Below, one piece after another: positions 18,242-29,075 of a stretch of 64,000 nt of DNA. The notes beneath the pieces are model-generated. The model was not told where the DNA came from and did not search any database. It worked only from the letters and a program-made list of their open reading frames with translations. This DNA is from Candidatus Nanopelagicus sp. (GTDB lineage Bacteria; Actinomycetota; Actinomycetes; Nanopelagicales; Nanopelagicaceae): assembly GCA_044353095.1 (NCBI GenBank), contig JBILCN010000001.1, forward strand, positions 11,484-75,483, written 5' to 3'. Both the position numbers and the translations under genes were made by a program. How positions within the stretch are numbered: the stretch's first letter is position 1; each line of letters opens with the position of its first letter.

Positions 18242-18724
18242 CTAGCGAGCACTTCTCTCGACTAAGCGAGCAAATCTCCGTAAGGAGATACGCACGCCCA
18301 AGAGTATAAAAGGCTTAAGAATTGCTATGAATACTGCGGGAGCGATGATCTCCTCGCTCCAGTAAAAAGTTGTGCCACCTTTTTTGCTATCTGAATTACT
18401 TACTAATTCAAAACTGCCAGTGCCTCTAATTATTCGACCAATATGAAGCACATCGCACTTATATGGCGGATGCCAATTCACTACCTCCATGGTGTCTAAA
18501 ACACCCAACTTTAATTTTGGATAAAGTTTTGGAAACAACCCAGTGAAGGCAAAAATTAAAACTCCCTTACCGTTTTTTACAGTTCGATCTTGGTCTAACT
18601 CTGACCAAACCTTAGTTTGCAACATCCAATCACTTTGCGAACGCCAATCAACTAAATGCTGCCAAACAATTTTGATCGGCTGGTTAATCTCAACTGTTAA
18701 AGCCAATTTGTTTTGATTTCTCAT
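18242..18724 (-). CDS. SRPBCC-family protein
   Basis: VW..L.DW..Q..WML.TKV...D.M.V..W.PP..C.V.H.G..IRG.G.F pattern. Confidence 0.75.
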   Translation of the reverse strand: MRNQNKLALTVEINQPIKIVWQHLVDWRSQSDWMLQTKVWSELDQDRTVKNGKGVLIFAFTGLFPKLYPKLKLGVLDTMEVVNWHPPYKCDVLHIGRIIRGTGSFELVSNSDSKKGGTTFYWSEEIIAPAVFIAILKPFILLGVRISLRRFARLVERSAR

Positions 18725-18726
18725 TT

Positions 18727-19269
18727 TTACCTTTTCCCAGGTGAGATTGCGCGAATTGCACTAGGTACATCTTCACACCAAGTCACGAGCTCTGCCTGTC
18801 CGGCTTTCATAAAATTCTGTTGTGCTAAATGATCAAGTGCGGTTTGCAGAGGTTTATAAACTCCCATGGGATCACATACCGCGATTGGCTTGTTATGAAA
18901 TTTTAAGTACCTGCCGACCCAAATTTCAAAAAACTCTTCTAATGTGCCAAGTCCGCCAGGTAATGCAATAAAGGCATCAGATAACTCTTCTAACTTCGCC
19001 TTTCTTGTTCTCATGTTTTCAACAACATGCATTTCATGGGCTGCTTCATCTTCAAACTCAACATTTCGTAATGCTTGCGGAATAACTCCAATAGTTCTGC
19101 CACCAACTGATCTGGCACCCTGTGCAACCTTGCCCATCATTGATGCTTTACCGCCACCCCAAACTAACTCCCAACCCGCTTTACCGATCGCAACACCAAC
19201 TTCAAAGGCAAGATCCAATGAATGTTGCGGAATATCTTTCGCAGATGAGCAATAAACACTTACACGCAT
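18727..19269 (-). CDS. LOG-family (TIGR00730) nucleotide phosphoribohydrolase
   Basis: VYCSS, VWGGG..MMG, RKAKL, LPGGLGTLEE. TAGACT-N6-ATG upstream. Confidence 0.9.
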   Translation of the reverse strand: MRVSVYCSSAKDIPQHSLDLAFEVGVAIGKAGWELVWGGGKASMMGKVAQGARSVGGRTIGVIPQALRNVEFEDEAAHEMHVVENMRTRKAKLEELSDAFIALPGGLGTLEEFFEIWVGRYLKFHNKPIAVCDPMGVYKPLQTALDHLAQQNFMKAGQAELVTWCEDVPSAIRAISPGKR

Positions 19270-19313
19270 TTAATTAGTCTATAACCTATGTTGAATTTTG
19301 ATACCTTTGTCCT

Positions 19314-20246
19314 ATGAGCACAGCCAATTCAGCACAACAAACTGCATTTGGAATTGGTATCGCGACCCAAAATCAGGCTGGTGAAATACTCGAGTGTTGG
19401 TTTCATACCTTAGGTATTGGTAGCAAAACTGGCGTCGATAAATTCCCAGAGCTTTTAACCACAGATGAAATTCGAAAGGTTAAGCGGGTTAACTTATCTC
19501 TTGAAATAGATTTAACTAAACCAGCTAAAGATGTGGCTGATGTTTATCTACGATTACAGTTACTCTCACATCGCATCGTAAAACCACATGGTCTAAATCT
19601 TGATGGCATCTTTGGAATTTTGCCCAATTTGGTCTGGAGTTCAGTTGGTCCATGCGAGGTAAGTACATTTAATGAAGTGCAGCCATTGCTACGGGCTAAG
19701 CATCAAAGTTTAGTTATCTACGGAGTAGATAAGTTTCCACGAATGATTGATTATGTGGTTCCCGAAGGTGTGCGCATCGCAGATGGAGATCGAGTTCGCC
19801 TTGGGGCTTACTTATCAAGTGGCACAACAGTTATGCATGAAGGTTTCATTAATTTTAATGCCGGAACATTAGGCAAATCGATGGTCGAAGGAAGAATTAG
19901 CGCAGGCGTTGTAGTTGGCGATGGAAGTGATATTGGTGGTGGCGCATCCATTATGGGAACTCTAAGTGGTGGTGGTAAAGAGATTGTTTCAATCGGAAAA
20001 CGTACATTGCTGGGTGCCAACTCTGGAATTGGTATTTCACTAGGTGATGATTGCGTAGTTGAAGCTGGTGCTTACATTACGGCTGGCTCAAAAATCTCAC
20101 TACCAGATGGAACAACTGTGAAAGCTAAAGAGTTAAGTGGTGCAAACAACCTACTGTTTCGTCGAAACTCCCAGAGTGGCGCCCTTGAAGCATTACCAAA
20201 AACTGGCGGATGGAATGGCTTGAACTCAGTTTTACACTCAAATTAA
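19314..20246 (+). CDS. dapD: Tetrahydrodipicolinate N-succinyltransferase
   Basis: YLRLQLLSHR.V.PH, VDKFPRM.DYVVP.GVRIAD..RVRLGAYL, EGRISAGV. Confidence 0.95.
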   Translation: MSTANSAQQTAFGIGIATQNQAGEILECWFHTLGIGSKTGVDKFPELLTTDEIRKVKRVNLSLEIDLTKPAKDVADVYLRLQLLSHRIVKPHGLNLDGIFGILPNLVWSSVGPCEVSTFNEVQPLLRAKHQSLVIYGVDKFPRMIDYVVPEGVRIADGDRVRLGAYLSSGTTVMHEGFINFNAGTLGKSMVEGRISAGVVVGDGSDIGGGASIMGTLSGGGKEIVSIGKRTLLGANSGIGISLGDDCVVEAGAYITAGSKISLPDGTTVKAKELSGANNLLFRRNSQSGALEALPKTGGWNGLNSVLHSN

Positions 20247-21217
20247 TCTTGCAATAAATCTTTAGGGCTACTTAAGAAGCCTAATCCCCACGACATATGC
20301 ATAGTTAGAAATACTGAAGGAAGCCGTAATTTTTCAAGCAAAGATTTGCCTTCGATTAATCCACCAATAATTAACAGCAACAGGTATGCCATTAAAATTG
20401 TGAAAAATATTGGATTAACTATTACTCCAAGAATTAGTGAGATCAAATTCAAAGTTAATGCAACAGGTGGTGCTAGGTAGCGAAAATTGACTGTGCCTGG
20501 ATGCGCTCTTGAAACTGCACGGCGCCATCGACCATACTCAAAGTACTGCTTGGCTAATTTAATAAATGTTTCGCGAGGTCTGTAAGTAACAATTAACCTT
20601 GGATCAAACCAAATCACACCGCCCTTTAAACGTAGGCGATGATTTAACTCCCAATCTTGGGCCCTAATATACTTCTCATTAAAACCACCTGCTTGCAATA
20701 CTGCACTCTTTAAAAATGTTCCTAGATACACGGTGTCGGCTGGACCTGCTTCACCACCAGTATGAAATTTAGATGCCCCTACTCCGAGTTTAGATTTCAT
20801 AGCGCGTGCAACCACAGATTGAAATCCACTAGCTGCAGCAGCATTCATAACTCCGCCAACATTTACGGCGCCGGTTTTTTGCAGGATCTTTACAGCCGTA
20901 TCAATATAAGTATCACTAATTTCAGCATGACCATCAATTCGGCAGATGATCTCATTTGCTGATGCAGCAATCGCCAGATTTAAGGCAGTCGCAGTTTTAC
21001 CCGATGGGTTTTTTACTAACTTAATTCGCTTATCTTGCGCCGCTAATTTATCTGCAATTTCATCTGTTTTATCTGATGAAGGTCCAAGCGCCAGAATAAC
21101 CTCAATCTCGCCATCGTACTTCTGCTGAAGGGTCGCTGAGATACATGCTGCTAGATCACGCTCTTCATTAAGAATTGGTAGAACAATTGATACCGAAGGA
21201 TTCATACTTTGATTCAT
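20243..21217 (-). CDS. GT2 glycosyltransferase (ExoA-like) with C-terminal TM helices
   Basis: LPILNEE, RIDGH, DTVYLG, AQDWELN.RL, YFEYGRWR. Confidence 0.88.
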   Translation of the reverse strand: MNQSMNPSVSIVLPILNEERDLAACISATLQQKYDGEIEVILALGPSSDKTDEIADKLAAQDKRIKLVKNPSGKTATALNLAIAASANEIICRIDGHAEISDTYIDTAVKILQKTGAVNVGGVMNAAAASGFQSVVARAMKSKLGVGASKFHTGGEAGPADTVYLGTFLKSAVLQAGGFNEKYIRAQDWELNHRLRLKGGVIWFDPRLIVTYRPRETFIKLAKQYFEYGRWRRAVSRAHPGTVNFRYLAPPVALTLNLISLILGVIVNPIFFTILMAYLLLLIIGGLIEGKSLLEKLRLPSVFLTMHMSWGLGFLSSPKDLLQD

Positions 21218-21276
21218 ATTAGGCTCATCATAACTTTCTACGGAGAAATTACCGAGTTTTAATCTAGAATGCAGTA

Positions 21277-22377
21277 GTGAAATCCACCCGAAGTATCAAA
21301 TTTTTGAGGATTGTTTCCTTTGCTACCTTGGGAGTTTCAGCAATAAGCGCACTTGCCTTTAGCAGTGTCTCTGCCTCGATTGAAAAGATTGATGCCTTTA
21401 CCGGATTGAATAATCGTCCTGAAAAAGCCTCATCTGCCATTAACTATTTAATTGTTGGATCTGATACTAGAGAAGGATTGAGTAAGGCGGAGTTAAAGGC
21501 ACTTCGAGTTGGATCTGTTAAAAGCGCGGCTGGTAAGCGATCTGACACGATGATGTTAATTCATATCTCAAAGGCTCGAGATAAAGCGGTGATTGTTTCC
21601 ATACCCCGAGATTCTTTTGCATTGATTCCAGAGCATAAAAATAATCAAGGAAAATTAATTCCAGCGGCTTACTCAAAGATTAACTCCGCATACAACTGGG
21701 GTGGTGCCCCACTTTTAATTGAAGCCTTTGAAAATATGAGTGATTTAAAGATTGATCATTATGTTGAAGTAAATTTTGCCGGTTTTGCAGATGTTGTCGA
21801 CTCTCTTGGCGGAATTCAAGTTTGTACGAAGAAGGATATTAATGATTCTAAAAGCCACCTAGTTTTGCCGGCTGGCGTGCACACTTTAAATGGAATTGAC
21901 TCCTTAAAGTTTGTTCGTACTCGTGAGTTTGATGGACTTGGTGATATTGGCAGAATGCAACGTCAGCAACAATTTGTTAGTGCAGTACTTCGCAAGGCTA
22001 CAAGTGCTGGCGTTCTTTTAAATCCTGTAACAATGGTTAACTTCATTAATACATCTTTATCAGCTGTAACAACCGACTCTGGTTTGCAAAGTGCGGATTT
22101 AATAACCTTAGCTAGACAGATGAAATCACTTTCGACTTCAAAGGTAAGAACTTTAACTGTGCCGCTCTCAAATCTTTATTACAACGCAAATGGAGTTACA
22201 GCATCTGTTTTATGGGATCCAGTATTGGCACCTGAACTATGGCAAAGATTAAAAGAGGATCGGGCGGTAATAGATGAAGTAACCCCTTCTCCTGCACCAT
22301 CTGCAACCGCGGCTGCAACTCCAATAATTGTTGATAAGTTTAAAACCAAAACTGCAGCTGATGACCCTTGTAAGTAG
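21277..22377 (+). CDS. LCP (LytR-CpsA-Psr) family glycopolymer transferase
   Basis: GSDTR, RSDTMML, SIPRDS, KINSAY, VRTR, GDIGRMQRQQ. TAGAAT-N6-GTG upstream. Confidence 0.92.
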   Translation: MKSTRSIKFLRIVSFATLGVSAISALAFSSVSASIEKIDAFTGLNNRPEKASSAINYLIVGSDTREGLSKAELKALRVGSVKSAAGKRSDTMMLIHISKARDKAVIVSIPRDSFALIPEHKNNQGKLIPAAYSKINSAYNWGGAPLLIEAFENMSDLKIDHYVEVNFAGFADVVDSLGGIQVCTKKDINDSKSHLVLPAGVHTLNGIDSLKFVRTREFDGLGDIGRMQRQQQFVSAVLRKATSAGVLLNPVTMVNFINTSLSAVTTDSGLQSADLITLARQMKSLSTSKVRTLTVPLSNLYYNANGVTASVLWDPVLAPELWQRLKEDRAVIDEVTPSPAPSATAAATPIIVDKFKTKTAADDPCK

Positions 22378-22391
22378 ATAGGCTGATCTCT

Positions 22392-23717
22392 ATGAGTTTA
22401 AAGCTTTCAGTGATTGGTACCGGATACCTTGGTGCAACCCACGCCGCATGTATGGCCAGCTTAGGGTTTGAAGTTATTGGAGTTGATCTAGATCCAGCCA
22501 AGATTGATCTACTTTCGCAAGGCAAGGTTCCTTTTTATGAGCCTGATTTAGAGGATCTCCTTGCTGCACAAATTAAATCTGGCAGATTGAAATTTAGCAA
22601 AGATATATCTGATATTGCAGATTGTGATGTTCACTTTATTTGTGTTGGTACACCGCAAGTAAAAAATGGTATTGCAGCAGATTTAACATATGTAAATGGC
22701 GCAGTTGAAAGTATCGCCCCCATTATTAAATCAGGCTCCTTGGTTGTCGGAAAATCAACTGTGCCAGTTGGCACCGCCGCTAGATTGCGGGATCTATTAA
22801 TTAAAGTTAACCCAACAACTGATCTAGCTTGGAATCCAGAGTTTTTGCGCGAGGGTTTTGCAGTTGAAGATACATTGCGGCCAAATCGCTTAGTGGTTGG
22901 TACAAATAGTGATCAGGCGGAGGCAACATTAAAGATGGTTTATGCACAAAATCTAAAGGATGGAACTCCTTGGGTTCGTGCAGATCTGCCAACCTCTGAG
23001 TTAGTTAAGGTGGCAGCTAATTCATTTTTAGCTACCAAGATCTCATTTATAAATGCCATGGCGGAGATCTGTGAGGCAGCTGGCGGTGATGTAACTGTGT
23101 TGGCAAAGGCGATTGGTTATGACCCTCGAATTGGAAATAGATTTTTACAAGCTGGTATTGGTTTTGGTGGTGGCTGTCTGCCAAAGGATATCCGTGCATT
23201 TATGGCAAGGGCTGAGGAGCTTGGTGCCCAGCAAGCACTTGAATTCTTAAAAGAGATTGATTCAATCAACTTAAGGGCAAGACAGCGCATCATCGAGTTA
23301 GTGCGTAAAGATTTAGCTGATGATTTAACTGGTAAAAAAGTTGCAATTTTAGGAGCAGCATTTAAACCAGATAGTGATGATGTGCGTGATTCACCGGCAC
23401 TAGATATTGCAGCACAAATACAAGCAGCTGGCGCTGTTGTTACTGTTCATGATCCTAAAGCGATTGCAAATGCGCAAAAGCGTTTTCCAGCACTTAAATT
23501 TGCTGAAAGTATTGAGGCCACCTTCACGGATGCAGAGATTGTTTTGCATTTAACTGAGTGGAAAATTTACCGCGAGTTAGATCCGACCAAGATGAAGTCA
23601 CTAGTGAAAAATCCAATCATGATCGATGGCCGTAATGCGCTAGACCGATCAGCCTGGCGAAAAGCTGGTTGGAAGTTTCGAGCCCTTGGTGTTTCAGAAA
23701 ACGCACAAATTGCATGA
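22392..23717 (+). CDS. ugd: UDP-glucose/GDP-mannose 6-dehydrogenase
   Basis: GTGYLG, CVGTP, KSTVPVGT, NPEFLREG, GFGGGCLPKD, AFKPDSDDVRDSP. Confidence 0.93.
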   Translation: MSLKLSVIGTGYLGATHAACMASLGFEVIGVDLDPAKIDLLSQGKVPFYEPDLEDLLAAQIKSGRLKFSKDISDIADCDVHFICVGTPQVKNGIAADLTYVNGAVESIAPIIKSGSLVVGKSTVPVGTAARLRDLLIKVNPTTDLAWNPEFLREGFAVEDTLRPNRLVVGTNSDQAEATLKMVYAQNLKDGTPWVRADLPTSELVKVAANSFLATKISFINAMAEICEAAGGDVTVLAKAIGYDPRIGNRFLQAGIGFGGGCLPKDIRAFMARAEELGAQQALEFLKEIDSINLRARQRIIELVRKDLADDLTGKKVAILGAAFKPDSDDVRDSPALDIAAQIQAAGAVVTVHDPKAIANAQKRFPALKFAESIEATFTDAEIVLHLTEWKIYRELDPTKMKSLVKNPIMIDGRNALDRSAWRKAGWKFRALGVSENAQIA

Positions 23718-24106
23718 GTGATCAAATAGATCAATTACTTGCATTAAAAACATGGGCAATTGTAGGTTTAAGCAATAACCCAGATCGTGCTGCCTTTGGT
23801 GTAGCTAAGTTGTTAATTGAAAAAGGCCACACCATAATCCCTATTCACCCTAAGGCTGAACAAGTGCATGGCCAGACTGGTTATGCCAAGTTAAGTCAGG
23901 TTCCAGTAAAGATTGATGTGGTTGATATTTTTGTAAACTCTGAATTAGCTGGCGCAGTTGTAAATGAAGCGATTGAAGTTGGCGCGCAAGGCGTTTGGTT
24001 GCAATTAGATGTAATTGATGAAGGCGCAATTGCCCGGGCCAAAGATGCTGGATTGTTAGCGGTTATGAATCGTTGCCCGGCGATTGAATACAAAAAGCGA
24101 GGTTAA
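23714..24106 (+). CDS. CoA-binding protein (YccU-like)
   Basis: AIVGLSNNPDR, PIHP, VDIF, VWLQL, MNRCP. ATGA overlap with ugd. Confidence 0.88.
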   Translation: MSDQIDQLLALKTWAIVGLSNNPDRAAFGVAKLLIEKGHTIIPIHPKAEQVHGQTGYAKLSQVPVKIDVVDIFVNSELAGAVVNEAIEVGAQGVWLQLDVIDEGAIARAKDAGLLAVMNRCPAIEYKKRG

Positions 24107-24924
24107 TCCTCGATCTCACCGCTGTAATACTGCTGTGCATGAATAATCTCAGTAAGAAGTGTCTCCAGTGAATCACCTGTTACTCCAACAATCTTTAATC
24201 TTTGGTCAAATTTCAATCTTGAATTACGTGCCATCAAGTGCAGATATGGCCGGTAATCATCACTACTTGGATCAGTATGTAATAACCCGGTTACAACATA
24301 CTTATCATTTGAATTGCTCTGCCCTAATGGCAGATCTAAAACTGCACGCAGATACTGCTCGAAGTAATTGGTATTTGAATTAATCTCAGTTGCAAAAGAG
24401 GATTTTGGATTAAGCCAGTTTATGCCCTTTAATTTTTGATAATCATCGGCATCAACTATCAGTTCAATACCACCAGTTAATCCCAACTCCTCAATCAAAT
24501 TTAATGCAGAAATAGCAATTGTGACCGCTTGCTCCTCAGTAACACCTGGAGCAGGTGAGATTAGTAAATCCTTACTTTGCAATGAGATTGGCCAGATTGC
24601 ATGTTGGGCATGTGCACTTCTTGCCGCCAAAATTATTAACTGCTCTGATTTTTCTTCAGAGATTTCAATAGTTGAAATAGCGGCCAGGACCTTGCTAGAT
24701 GGATAAATTGCTGCACCACTTTGTTCAGCTACCTTGATAGCTCCTTGCGAAACCATCGAAGGTTCGACACAAATTAACTGGCAATCTTTGCCAAATTCAA
24801 TCAATTGCTCCGCTGAAAACTTCTCGTTGCTTGCCTTAATTGCAACACCTAGCCGACTTGCTGCTTCACTTAACTGTGAAATAGCCAGCGCCGGTGCAAT
24901 TACGCCAATTACTGGGAAGGCCAT
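24103..24924 (-). CDS. Degenerate PurK (N5-CAIR synthase) homolog lacking the ATP-grasp core
   Basis: Retains MAFPVIG, ARS..Q...WP, SPAPG, ELGL.G, FEQYLRAVLDLPLG, YLHLMAR and HA..Y..G.I. Lacks GGGQL, GGYDGKG, NE.A.RPHNSGH and YGK..R.GRK.GH. Confidence 0.75.
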   Translation of the reverse strand: MAFPVIGVIAPALAISQLSEAASRLGVAIKASNEKFSAEQLIEFGKDCQLICVEPSMVSQGAIKVAEQSGAAIYPSSKVLAAISTIEISEEKSEQLIILAARSAHAQHAIWPISLQSKDLLISPAPGVTEEQAVTIAISALNLIEELGLTGGIELIVDADDYQKLKGINWLNPKSSFATEINSNTNYFEQYLRAVLDLPLGQSNSNDKYVVTGLLHTDPSSDDYRPYLHLMARNSRLKFDQRLKIVGVTGDSLETLLTEIIHAQQYYSGEIED

Positions 24925-24944
24925 GTAATAAGGTTACCCGCATA

Positions 24945-25556
24945 ATGGCAAAGTTAATTCTGGCATCGTCATCACCTTCAAGGCTTCGGTTACTACAAAG
25001 CTCTGGCATCTCACCGCAAGTATTAGTCAGCGGGGTTGATGAAGAGTCTCCCGAGATAACTGCGCTCTCACCGAGTGAGATGGTCATTGCATTAGCTATT
25101 TTAAAAGCACATACCGTTAAGGAATTAGCACCAGAAAACTCATTGATACTTGGTTGTGATTCAACTTTCGAGTACAACGGTCAATCATTGGGTAAGCCAG
25201 AGAGCAAAGAGAATGCAATCACTAGATGTAAATTGCTAAGTGGTAAGTATGGCTATTTACACACTGGACATTGCCTAATTGATCTTAAGCAAGGTATTGA
25301 AGTTACGGAGCGATCAACAGCTAGAGTGCAATTTGCCCAGTTGAGTGATGCTGAGATTATTGATTATGTAGAAACGGATGAGCCACTTAACTTGGCTGGT
25401 GGTTTTTCATTAGATGGATTAAGTGCACCTTTTATTACAAGTATTGAGGGCGACCCCAGTGGAATAATTGGTTTATCACTTCCATTGCTACGAAAGATGA
25501 TTATTTCACTCGGCTATACCTGGCCACAACTTAAAATAGCCAACCCGTTAGGATAA
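24945..25556 (+). CDS. maf: Maf-family nucleoside triphosphate pyrophosphatase
   Basis: LILASSSPSR, VDE, GCDS, GKPE, AGGF.LDG, GLSL. Confidence 0.9.
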   Translation: MAKLILASSSPSRLRLLQSSGISPQVLVSGVDEESPEITALSPSEMVIALAILKAHTVKELAPENSLILGCDSTFEYNGQSLGKPESKENAITRCKLLSGKYGYLHTGHCLIDLKQGIEVTERSTARVQFAQLSDAEIIDYVETDEPLNLAGGFSLDGLSAPFITSIEGDPSGIIGLSLPLLRKMIISLGYTWPQLKIANPLG

Positions 25557-25565
25557 GTTTAAGAC

Positions 25566-26375
25566 ATGAGCGATCTTTATAAAGACCCGATTGGTACCGC
25601 CGAAGCAGCAGCAAAAGTAATCGCCAAGAAAACTGGTAAAGCAAAACATCAAGTTGCACTTGTAATGGGTTCGGGTTGGATTTCAGCAGCTGATGCACTT
25701 GGTAAGCCAACACATGAGTTTGCAGTAACAGAACTACCAGGCTTTCCTGCACCAACAGTTGTAGGGCATGGTGGAAAAGTTAGGTCTTATGAATTAGCTG
25801 GCGGCGTTAACGCACTAGTTTTTCTAGGTCGCACACATTTTTATGAGGGTTTAGGTATGGAGCCAGTAGCACACGCGGCTCGCACAGCGGTTAAAAGTGG
25901 CTGTAAGGCTGTTGTATTAACAAATGCATGTGGTGGAATAAATACTGAATACAAAGTAGGACAACCTGTCTTAATTAAAGATCACATCTCATTAACTGCT
26001 GCATCACCTTTGATTGGCGCTGATTTTGTGGACTTAACAGATTTGTATAGCAAGCGATTACGAGAGTTAGTTAAGGCAGCTGATCCTTCATTAGCTGAGG
26101 GCGTTTACGTGCATTGGCGTGGACCGTCATATGAAACACCAGCTGAGATTCGAATGATGCGAACACTTGGTGCAGATTTAGTTGGTATGTCCACTGTGCC
26201 TGAAGCAATTGCAGCACATGCATTAGGTGCTGAAATCTTAGGTATCTCACTTGTAACAAATGCTGCCGCTGGCGTAACTGGTGAAAAGTTAAATCATGAA
26301 GAGGTAATTGCAGCTGGTAAAGCAGCCGCAGATCGTATGGGTAAATTATTAGCCACCATCTTGCCTAAGTTGTGA
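25566..26375 (+). CDS. punA: Purine nucleoside phosphorylase (trimeric type)
   Basis: VMGSGW, GRTHFYEG, TNACGG, GPSYETPAE, VGMSTVPEA, TNAAAG. Confidence 0.92.
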   Translation: MSDLYKDPIGTAEAAAKVIAKKTGKAKHQVALVMGSGWISAADALGKPTHEFAVTELPGFPAPTVVGHGGKVRSYELAGGVNALVFLGRTHFYEGLGMEPVAHAARTAVKSGCKAVVLTNACGGINTEYKVGQPVLIKDHISLTAASPLIGADFVDLTDLYSKRLRELVKAADPSLAEGVYVHWRGPSYETPAEIRMMRTLGADLVGMSTVPEAIAAHALGAEILGISLVTNAAAGVTGEKLNHEEVIAAGKAAADRMGKLLATILPKL

Positions 26376-27982
26376 TCTCCGAAGATTTAAAGAAAGAGGT
26401 TACGGATTGGATTAAAAATGATCCAGATCCAAAGACTGCAGCACAGTTACAACAATGGCTAAGTGAAGGTAATGAAAATCAATTAAAACAATGCTTTAAC
26501 GGCTTTTTACAATTTGGTACCGCTGGACTTCGTGGACCAATTGGTCCTGGCCCCTCTTGCATGAACCGTGCTGTAGTAAGCAGAACCGCAACTGGTATTG
26601 CTGAATTTATGAAGGCGCACAACATGTCATCGGTAGTAATTGGCCGGGATGCAAGGCATGGATCAGCTGATTTTGAAAAAGAGTCCGCTGAAATATTTGC
26701 AGGTGCTGGCTTGAAAACTTATGTTCTGCCTCGAGAGTTACCAACGCCAGTTTTAGCATACGCAGTTAAATCATTAAAGGTTGATGTTGGAGTCATAGTA
26801 ACGGCTAGCCACAATCCAGCAACTGATAATGGCTACAAGGTTTATTTGGGTGGAAAAGTATCAGGCATAACTTTTAATGGCTCCCAATTACTCTCACCCG
26901 TTGATAATGAGATATCAGATTTCATTGCCAAGGCAGATTTAAATCCAAAACGAGATCAAAATTATCAGATCGCTTCCGAGTCGGTAATTGATGATTACAT
27001 TAAATCTGTAGTTGCGTTATGCAGTACGCCAAATCAATTAAAGATTATCTACACCCCACTGCATGGAGTCGGTGCTGAAGTATTTCTTAAAATCTTTAAA
27101 GCGGCGGGTTTGGCACAGCCAATTGTGGTCACTGAACAAGCACAACCAGATCCAGATTTCCCGACTACACCTTTTCCAAATCCAGAAGAGGCGGGAGCTA
27201 TTGATTTAGCGATTGCATACGCCAAGCGAGAAAATGCTGATTTAGTAATTGCCAATGACCCCGATGCGGATCGATGTGCAATCGCAGTTAATGATGGTGG
27301 CTGGCGCATGCTTCGCGGTGATGAGGTAGGCGCCCTGATTGGTAGGTACTTACTTGATAAGAGTGGTGCCAATAATCAAGTCTTTGCCAACTCTTTAGTT
27401 TCATCATCTTTACTTAGTGAAATTGCGAAAAGTTCTGGTATTAAATTCGCGCAAACTTTGACGGGTTTTAAGTGGATATCAAAGGTTTCAAATCTAACCT
27501 TTGGTTACGAAGAGGCGCTTGGTTACTGCATTGATCCAAAAAATGTAAATGATAAGGATGGAATAAGTGCGGCTCTATTACTTGCTCAAATCGCTGGTGA
27601 GTTGAAATCAGCTGGATCTAGTATTGCGAATTACCTAGATCAAATCGGCCAAAAGTATGGATTTCACGTTACCGAGCAGATTTCAATTCGCGTAAGTGAT
27701 TTAGCTGTGATTGATCAGTTATTAAATAAATTCAGCACAAACCCACCACAGATAATTGGTGGATCAACTTTAATTTCCAGTGAGGATTTATCTAAATCAC
27801 CAGATTTTGCAACTGCTGGGGTTCGATCTTTTTATGAGGATGGAGTTCGAGTTATTGTGCGACCAAGTGGTACTGAACCAAAACTAAAGTGCTATATCGA
27901 AGTAGTTGATAAAGTTAAAGCAACAGCGCAGCTTCGATGTGCGCAGATTAAAGAGGAGCTAACCGCTACTCTGCGGAGATAG
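26372..27982 (+). CDS. Phospho-sugar mutase (phosphomannomutase/phosphopentomutase-like)
   Basis: [37 protein letters not shown]. Confidence 0.9.
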   Translation: MISEDLKKEVTDWIKNDPDPKTAAQLQQWLSEGNENQLKQCFNGFLQFGTAGLRGPIGPGPSCMNRAVVSRTATGIAEFMKAHNMSSVVIGRDARHGSADFEKESAEIFAGAGLKTYVLPRELPTPVLAYAVKSLKVDVGVIVTASHNPATDNGYKVYLGGKVSGITFNGSQLLSPVDNEISDFIAKADLNPKRDQNYQIASESVIDDYIKSVVALCSTPNQLKIIYTPLHGVGAEVFLKIFKAAGLAQPIVVTEQAQPDPDFPTTPFPNPEEAGAIDLAIAYAKRENADLVIANDPDADRCAIAVNDGGWRMLRGDEVGALIGRYLLDKSGANNQVFANSLVSSSLLSEIAKSSGIKFAQTLTGFKWISKVSNLTFGYEEALGYCIDPKNVNDKDGISAALLLAQIAGELKSAGSSIANYLDQIGQKYGFHVTEQISIRVSDLAVIDQLLNKFSTNPPQIIGGSTLISSEDLSKSPDFATAGVRSFYEDGVRVIVRPSGTEPKLKCYIEVVDKVKATAQLRCAQIKEELTATLRR

Positions 27983-29060
27983 TTGCGTACGCGGGCTTTA
28001 CAATTTTTTCAATGATTTCAAGGCGTTCTTCAAATGGAATAAATGAGCTCTTCAAAGCATTAACTGTAACCCGCTGTAAATCTATGAACTTCCAATCAAA
28101 TGCTTCAACACATTGATTCATCTCATGCGTCATTGAGGTATTGCTCATTAATCGATTATCGGTATTTAGGGTTACTCGAAAACGTAACTTGGCTAGAACA
28201 CCAATCGGATGCTCTTTATAGTTTTTTGCAGCCCCGGTTTGTAAATTAGAGGTTGGACAAAGTTCAAGTGGAATTCGACGATCACGAACATAAGAGGCTA
28301 ACCTGCCCAGCTTCGGCGTTGCGCCACTGAAATCAATATCATCAATAATTCGAACGCCATGACCTAATCGCTCTGCACCACAAATTTGAATTGCTTCCCA
28401 AATTGATGGCAGGCCATAAGCCTCACCTGCGTGAATCGTAAAGTGTGCATTTTCTCGACGCAGATACTCAAAAGTTTCTAATTGTTTAGTTGGTGGAAAA
28501 CCATCCTCAGGACCTGCAATATCAAAACCAACAACACCTTTATCTCTGTACTTAATTACCGCCTCTGCCGCTTCTTGTGATCTACCCGCTTGGCGCATTC
28601 CACAAAGTAAAGATTCAACCCGAATTGAGTTGCCTTCTTTGGCAGCCTCAGCCATACCTTGTTTGTAGCCCTCAATCGTTGCTTCAACAACCTGATTAAT
28701 GCTTAATCCTTGTTCGGTAAATAATTCAGGTGCACCACGCACCTCTGCATATACAACACCATCACGAGCTAAATCAATCGCACATTCGCGGGCAATCTGA
28801 GTAATTGAGTCTTGAGTTTGCATTACGGCGACTGTGTGCGAAAAGGTTTCTAGGTAACGAACTAATGAGTGGGAGTTACAGGACTCTTCAAACCATTTTC
28901 CTAGTTCAATCGGATCATGAGTGGGAAGTTTTTTATAATTAATTTTTTCGGCAATTTCAATGATGCTTTGTGGGCGTAAGCCACCATCCAAGTGATCATG
29001 CAAGAGCGCCTTTGGAACTCGCTTGACCTGATCTTTACTTGGCTTATTACTTAATGACAT
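27966..29060 (-). CDS. add: Adenosine deaminase
   Basis: [37 protein letters not shown]. Confidence 0.93.
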   Translation of the reverse strand: MSLSNKPSKDQVKRVPKALLHDHLDGGLRPQSIIEIAEKINYKKLPTHDPIELGKWFEESCNSHSLVRYLETFSHTVAVMQTQDSITQIARECAIDLARDGVVYAEVRGAPELFTEQGLSINQVVEATIEGYKQGMAEAAKEGNSIRVESLLCGMRQAGRSQEAAEAVIKYRDKGVVGFDIAGPEDGFPPTKQLETFEYLRRENAHFTIHAGEAYGLPSIWEAIQICGAERLGHGVRIIDDIDFSGATPKLGRLASYVRDRRIPLELCPTSNLQTGAAKNYKEHPIGVLAKLRFRVTLNTDNRLMSNTSMTHEMNQCVEAFDWKFIDLQRVTVNALKSSFIPFEERLEIIEKIVKPAYATISAE

Positions 29061-29075
29061 TTATTCCTAAACCCC

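Noticed and set aside
24866-25177. 103-aa minus-strand ORF that might extend the purK-like gene upstream
   Set aside because: Different frame, antisense to maf, and no PurK motifs; the purK-like gene already begins at the homologous MAFPVIG.
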